Shown here: positions 37,997-42,204 of the stretch, piece by piece | How positions within the stretch are numbered: the first letter of the stretch is position 1 | Layout of the letters: each line of letters begins with the position of its first letter | Assembly: GCA_963169855.1 (NCBI GenBank) | Contig: CAUJCN010000002.1 | Coordinates: forward strand, 775,608-817,811 | Direction: 5' to 3' | DNA from: Patescibacteria group bacterium | GTDB lineage: Bacteria > Patescibacteriota > Dojkabacteria > J137 | DNA length: 42,204 bases | Program-made: the position numbers and the translations under genes | Notes under the pieces: model-generated | What the model saw: the letters and a program-made list of their open reading frames with translations, nothing else | Told to the model about the DNA's origin: nothing | The model's database searches: none

Positions 37997-40170
37997 TGAA
38001 GACAAAAGTACTCTTGTTTATCAATGCTGTGTTGTTCTCTGTCGCTGTATTGACTTTGCGAGTTCAAGCAATTCCGGACTACGAGTTAAGAATTCTGACT
38101 GTTGAAATCAATCCAGTTGAAAATGGGCAGGATCTTGTTAGTACTTATTTTGGAGGAAACGCGGAAGCGATAAAAGACGAGGCCTTTGGTACAGCAATAG
38201 ATGCTTTTTATGATTTCTCAGCAGGAAAAATTCATTACGAAATTGTTGACGAACTTGTAATCGATGAGTTCCCCGAAGTGAATGACGGTACACCAGCCTT
38301 CACCTTTGAAACTTATGACCGTTGCGTTGGACCGATGACTGCAGATGACTACACATTCTGCGATTCCAGGAAATATGCTTTTGACTATATAAAATTTTTC
38401 AATGATTACGAAATTTGTCAGGCAGCAAATAGTGCTGATGTAGATGAGATTTGGATTATTGGTGCACCTTACGTAGGAATTTACGAAAGTTTTATTATCG
38501 GACCTGAAAGTTCATTCTTTATTAACGGTCCTGACTTTATTAATACAAATTGTCATAAGCTATATCCTGCTTTAGGTCCAACTTGGGATAGACCTGAGAA
38601 TTTGCTCCATAACTACAGTCATAGAATTGAATCCACTCTGGCATATATTTTTAGCAACGTTAACGTTACCCAAAGAAATCAATATTTCTCTAGATTTGTT
38701 GGATTCGATGGTCAACCTAGAAGATGTGGTAATGGTCACTTTCCTGTGAACGCTAGAGGTGAATACGATGTTTCTAACCCAGCAAATGGAAGATTTTATT
38801 GTGTAGACTGGAGAAACTTTCCAAATCATACCAATACTAGTGTATTGATCGGTTGCTCTGCATGGGGATGTACAGATGCAGGTTGGCAGGAATTCTGGTT
38901 TAGTTATGTGCCGAGAGAGGATGGTACCGCAAATCTTTTAAATAGATCCGGTCAAACAATTGAAATTTCCAGAAATTGGTGGGAATACATTCTTTCTCCT
39001 GTAACAGCTAAGGAATTTGTAAGGAATTCATATGAACCAGGATCCGAACCCCCAGAGTGTACAGTTTTAGAATGGTCAGATTGGTCTGTCTGCACTGGAG
39101 AACAACAAACACGTACTGCCCTAAGAACTACACCTCTTATCTGTTCTGATTATGGCGGTTTAGAAGAAACTAGAAGCTGTCCTGGTTGTTTCAACTATAC
39201 ATACAGCGACTGGGGAGAATGCGTTGATGGAGTTCAATCTCGTACTTTCGAAGAAGCTCCGGCGTACTGCCCGGGAGAAACACTAGAAGACTTGACACAG
39301 TCTTGCGTAGTAGAACCACCAGTTTGTACAGTAACAGAATGGTCGGATTGGTCTACTTGCATTGGTGGAGAACAGTTCCGAACTGCAGTAGAAACCGATC
39401 CAGCATCATGTATACCAGATGAAGATACAGAAACACGATCTTGTACAGAAGAACCACTATGCACCGTTTCAGTTTGGTCGGATTGGAGCGAATGCGAAAA
39501 CGACGAACAATTCAGAGTAGCTTTAGAAACAGATCCAACCTTATGTACTCCAGACGAAGACACAGAAACAAGATCTTGTGTATCAGAACCACCAGAATGT
39601 AACGTAACAGAATGGTCAGAATGGTCTGATTGTCTAGATGGGAATCAGTTTAGAACTCCAATAGAAACAAATCCTGCAATGTGTACTCCAGATGTAACTT
39701 CTGAAGCACAATCCTGTACTTGTACAATCTACGAATACTCAGCTTGGGGAGCTTGTTTAAATGGAACACAAACCCGAACCTATATAGAAGACCAAGGAAG
39801 TTGTCCAGGAAATACTTTGGAAGAACTATCAAGAAGTTGTACAGTAACTCCACCGGTCTCTACTCCAGTTTCGACACCAACTACAACAAATCCTAATAAC
39901 AACACAACAACTAATTCTGCAACTTCAGGAGCAAATACAGCAAACAATAATCAAACTGTAGTTCCAGTGAGTTCGCCGATTGTAGTTAAACCACCAATAA
40001 GTAACGGAAACAACAACTCACCGACTGGTCAAACACCAAGCACACCTGGAGAGCAACCACAAGAAGAGCAAGGTTCTAGCAATACAGCAGTAACTGTAGC
40101 AATAGTCGGAGCAGTTGTAACTTCGATGGGGGCAGGAACATATTTCTTCTTCTTTAGAAAACCTTTCTAA
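37996..40170 (+). CDS. Surface protein: signal peptide, globular domain, six TSP1-like repeats, P/T/N stalk, C-terminal TM
   Basis: MKTKVLLFINAVLFSVAVLTLRVQA signal; C-x4-(W/Y)SxW-x2-C...R..C...C repeats; TM AVTVAIVGAVVTSMGAGTYFFFF followed by RKPF. Confidence 0.9.
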   Translation: MKTKVLLFINAVLFSVAVLTLRVQAIPDYELRILTVEINPVENGQDLVSTYFGGNAEAIKDEAFGTAIDAFYDFSAGKIHYEIVDELVIDEFPEVNDGTPAFTFETYDRCVGPMTADDYTFCDSRKYAFDYIKFFNDYEICQAANSADVDEIWIIGAPYVGIYESFIIGPESSFFINGPDFINTNCHKLYPALGPTWDRPENLLHNYSHRIESTLAYIFSNVNVTQRNQYFSRFVGFDGQPRRCGNGHFPVNARGEYDVSNPANGRFYCVDWRNFPNHTNTSVLIGCSAWGCTDAGWQEFWFSYVPREDGTANLLNRSGQTIEISRNWWEYILSPVTAKEFVRNSYEPGSEPPECTVLEWSDWSVCTGEQQTRTALRTTPLICSDYGGLEETRSCPGCFNYTYSDWGECVDGVQSRTFEEAPAYCPGETLEDLTQSCVVEPPVCTVTEWSDWSTCIGGEQFRTAVETDPASCIPDEDTETRSCTEEPLCTVSVWSDWSECENDEQFRVALETDPTLCTPDEDTETRSCVSEPPECNVTEWSEWSDCLDGNQFRTPIETNPAMCTPDVTSEAQSCTCTIYEYSAWGACLNGTQTRTYIEDQGSCPGNTLEELSRSCTVTPPVSTPVSTPTTTNPNNNTTTNSATSGANTANNNQTVVPVSSPIVVKPPISNGNNNSPTGQTPSTPGEQPQEEQGSSNTAVTVAIVGAVVTSMGAGTYFFFFRKPF
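39058..39840 (+). repeat. Six thrombospondin type-1-like repeats
   Basis: CTVLEWSDWSVC, CFNYTYSDWGEC, CTVTEWSDWSTC, CTVSVWSDWSEC, CNVTEWSEWSDC, CTIYEYSAWGAC; four Cys per unit. Confidence 0.8.
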
Positions 40171-40278
40171 TGGAAATTGAGGAAGTTAAAGAAGAAATCC
40201 TTGCTATGCACAAAGAAGATCAGAAATGGGTTTGGTTTCTTCCGAAGAAAATAGAAAGGAAATGTATGCCAAGTACAA

Positions 40279-40554
40279 CTACAAAGCTTCTTCGTAACTC
40301 ATCTGCTGAATTCCCCAGTGAGCTTTTGATATTGCAGTCCAAATTTCTGTTTTGTATACTCCAAAATTCTTTACCTCTTCGTCAATTAAAGAAGAAATGA
40401 AATTAGATAAAGGAACAATTGGTGGTGTTGTTTGCCCTTGTTTAGACTTTTCAAACACTCTTTTTCCAGCTGTAATTAGAAAATTTGTTTTCGCAATAAG
40501 ACCCATTGATTCCCAAAGTGTATCTTGTTCGGTTTTTGTTAGTAGTTCTGTCAT
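40279..40554 (-). CDS. Hypothetical protein (91 aa)
   Basis: Preceded by TGC-TAAACT-N6-ATG, the same promoter pattern as recG and ogt. Confidence 0.65.
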   Translation of the reverse strand: MTELLTKTEQDTLWESMGLIAKTNFLITAGKRVFEKSKQGQTTPPIVPLSNFISSLIDEEVKNFGVYKTEIWTAISKAHWGIQQMSYEEAL

Positions 40555-40598
40555 GCCAGGAGTTTAGCATAACTGGTTTATCTTTTAGAAGCCTCTTG

Positions 40599-41603
40599 CT
40601 ACAATTTTTTTAAGAAGGCAATCTGATTATTCATCATAGCTTGTCGAGCTTTTAAAGTAGCAATCTTCATTCGATAATCTTTAACAGTCTCCTCCCTTAG
40701 TGGATTGTCGTAATCCATAGTTTTCATAGAGTTCTCCATTGCTTGAATCATCTCGTTTTCAAAATCTTTATAGTGACTTGTAGCAGCTATTCTATTTAGT
40801 AATGCAGATATGATTTCCTCTTTTACTAGATCTTTTCGCTGAAGTAATAAACTTATTATTTTCGCTACATGTTGAGAATTTCCATAGCTTTTTGCGCCAG
40901 AAAATTCTATCAATGCAATTAGTAAATCAAACTCTCTATGAACGGTAAAGTCTGATTTTGCCAATATCTCTTCTGGAGTTCGATCTTTAACTGATCTTGT
41001 GTGATAAGGATCTAAAGCAAATGTTTTCAAACCTTCTGGAGAATTCCAAACAACTCCAATATATGCATGATTTTGATCCTCGTAAGTTCCTGTTTTTCTT
41101 GCTAAGTCCTCTGAAAAAGAAGCACTAATCATCAACATTCTGAACTTTTTTGTAAGATCCATTCTGTCAAAAAGCTTACAAGCTACTTGGAATAAGAAGA
41201 TAAAACTATTATTGAACAAGTTACACTTAGTTTCGGGAGGATTATCAAAATCAATCATAGATGTTGCATCGGATGGCATAAAATCTGTTCGATGTTTTCC
41301 CGTTAATCTCCACATTCCCCATAAACAAAGCTGAACTATTTCCTGAAAGGATGGGTGTGGAGGAATCTCTATAGGGTAAATTTTGAGTATTTTCTGTAAT
41401 TCTGTTCCAAATTTTTCTTGAACTTCTGTTTCGAAGCGAAATACATATGATGTTTCCCAAGGTAGATCAACCTCCACTGCTCTGGCTTCCTCCTCTTTAA
41501 CGTCATTTAAAGACCCAATTTGCGGCATTAAAACTTCGGGCATGTCATCTAAAGTTGGAATGGAATCTAGGGGAATAAAATTTGATGTTGTAGTTTCGTT
41601 CAT
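40599..41603 (-). CDS. Putative transglutaminase-like Cys-His-Asp protein
   Basis: KCNLFNNSF...NHAYIGVVW...ALDPY motif order; TAGAAT-N6-ATG upstream. Confidence 0.6.
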   Translation of the reverse strand: MNETTTSNFIPLDSIPTLDDMPEVLMPQIGSLNDVKEEEARAVEVDLPWETSYVFRFETEVQEKFGTELQKILKIYPIEIPPHPSFQEIVQLCLWGMWRLTGKHRTDFMPSDATSMIDFDNPPETKCNLFNNSFIFLFQVACKLFDRMDLTKKFRMLMISASFSEDLARKTGTYEDQNHAYIGVVWNSPEGLKTFALDPYHTRSVKDRTPEEILAKSDFTVHREFDLLIALIEFSGAKSYGNSQHVAKIISLLLQRKDLVKEEIISALLNRIAATSHYKDFENEMIQAMENSMKTMDYDNPLREETVKDYRMKIATLKARQAMMNNQIAFLKKL

Positions 41604-41637
41604 AACGACATTCTACACTAAAGAGGGAAATTCGTTC

Positions 41638-41706
41638 TATTGACTTACAAATTGAAGTTTTGCTAGTTCTACGAAGCTTTAGCGTAGTAGAACGGAGAGT
41701 AAGGGA
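41638..41706. repeat. 69-bp direct repeat, copy 1 (tRNA 3' end plus flank)
   Basis: 68/69 identical to 42009-42077. Confidence 0.97.
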
Positions 41707-41732
41707 CCAACTACGCCAAGGCTCCGTTGGTC
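41666..41732. repeat. Inverted pair of REP-like 28-nt hairpins flanking the duplicated tRNA end
   Basis: GTTCTAC-gaagctttagcgta-GTAGAAC (41666-41693) and GACCAAC-tacgccaaggctcc-GTTGGTC (41705-41732). The cores are reverse complements at 11/14 positions, while the stems differ. Confidence 0.8.
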
Positions 41733-41971
41733 AAGATTCTTTTTCTCATAAATGCAATTCCAGAACCTGTTTTAAAGTAAGCTTCCAATTCTTTTGCATG
41801 ATTGTATTTCTGCACGGTTATAAATGAACAAAGATATATAGGACAATAAGAAGCTGTATAAGTAGATCTACCTTCTGAATGTTCTCTAAGTCTGCGTTGA
41901 AGATTTCGAGTCATTCCTACATAGCTCCACGAGGCTTTCTTTCTGCTTTTCAAAAAATACACATAATACAC
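41711..41971 (-). CDS. Stand-alone GIY-YIG nuclease (86 aa, GTG start)
   Basis: YYVYFL...YVGMT...RRLREH...LEAYFK; both tyrosine motifs, Arg, His and Glu are present. Confidence 0.93.
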   Translation of the reverse strand: MYYVYFLKSRKKASWSYVGMTRNLQRRLREHSEGRSTYTASYCPIYLCSFITVQKYNHAKELEAYFKTGSGIAFMRKRILTNGALA

Positions 41972-42008
41972 CCTGAATGATATCTTAGAATTTCTGAGTA
42001 AATCTATG

Positions 42009-42077
42009 TATTGATTTACAAATTGAAGTTTTGCTAGTTCTACGAAGCTTTAGCGTAGTAGAACGGAGAGTAAGGGA
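42009..42077. repeat. 69-bp direct repeat, copy 2
   Basis: Overlaps the last 14 nt of the tRNA; contains a hairpin at 42037-42064. Confidence 0.97.
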
Positions 42078-42148
42078 TTCGAACCCCTGGTCCCTTGCGA
42101 GACACTCGTTTTCAAGACGAGCACGTTAGACCACTCCGTCAACTCTCC
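42064..42148 (-). tRNA. tRNA-Ser (anticodon TGA), CCA not encoded
   Basis: GGAGAGT acceptor stem, D arm GGAGTGGTCTAAC, anticodon arm CTCGT-CTTGAAA-ACGAG, long variable arm, GGTTCGAATCC, discriminator G. Confidence 0.97.
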
Positions 42149-42161
42149 ATTAGCGACTGTA

Positions 42162-42190
42162 ATTATACTATACACTTTCGAGTTTGAGAA
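42162..42190 (-). promoter_or_regulatory. sigma70 promoter of tRNA-Ser
   Basis: TTCTCA-N17-TATAAT ending 13 nt upstream of the mature 5' end. Confidence 0.65.
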
Positions 42191-42204
42191 CGTAGTTTAA
42201 AATG

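Larger units (their letters stand above)
41707..42077 (-). mobile_element. Putative 371-bp tRNA-targeted GIY-YIG mini-element
   Basis: A single nuclease gene lies between two 69-bp direct repeats that begin inside the tRNA-Ser 3' end; no integrase or transposase. Confidence 0.6.

Noticed and set aside
28956-39853. ORFs 28956, 30867, 32370, 33066, 33625, 36281, 37239, 38572, 39234, 39650
   Set aside because: Shadow ORFs over recognised genes, with no independent evidence.
40352-41460. ORFs 40352-40567 (+) and 41251-41460 (-)
   Set aside because: The first is antisense to the promoter-supported 40279-40554 gene; the second is an alternative frame inside the 334-aa gene.
41638-42077. Prophage or integrase-driven genomic island attL/attR at tRNA-Ser
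   Set aside because: The repeats are only 371 bp apart and enclose just the GIY-YIG gene, with no recombinase or phage genes. It is reported instead as a mini-element.

Overview
AT-rich bacterial chromosome segment read in the standard code. Gene content and style point to Patescibacteria/CPR (inference; exact lineage not determinable from sequence alone). From left to right: (1) a >2460-aa minus-strand giant secreted fibre protein, missed by the ORF track because it runs off the window edge. It has a signal peptide, a mosaic of phage-tail-fibre-like repeats, a six-Asp-box propeller and an intact peptidase S74 autochaperone. (2) gyrA-gyrB. (3) Hypothetical genes, a GT-C-type membrane glycosyltransferase and a short HolB-like gene. 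(4) A complete monoderm-type type IV pilus cluster: pilB, pilT, pilC, 2 pilins, prepilin peptidase, 4 minor pilins, pilMNO, with no secretin. (5) Housekeeping genes recG-spoU-rsmD and rpmF-nusB-rnc, plus rpsP. (6) An accessory region with ogt, a 2-hydroxyacid dehydrogenase, a PQQ-type sugar dehydrogenase, a membrane-anchored protein with six thrombospondin-1-like repeats and a transglutaminase-like protein. (7) tRNA-Ser(TGA) followed by a 371-bp GIY-YIG cassette bounded by a 69-bp direct repeat and REP-like 28-nt hairpins. Many genes appear to be leaderless (extended -10 box 6-7 nt before ATG). No CRISPR array, rRNA, integrase or reverse transcriptase was seen.
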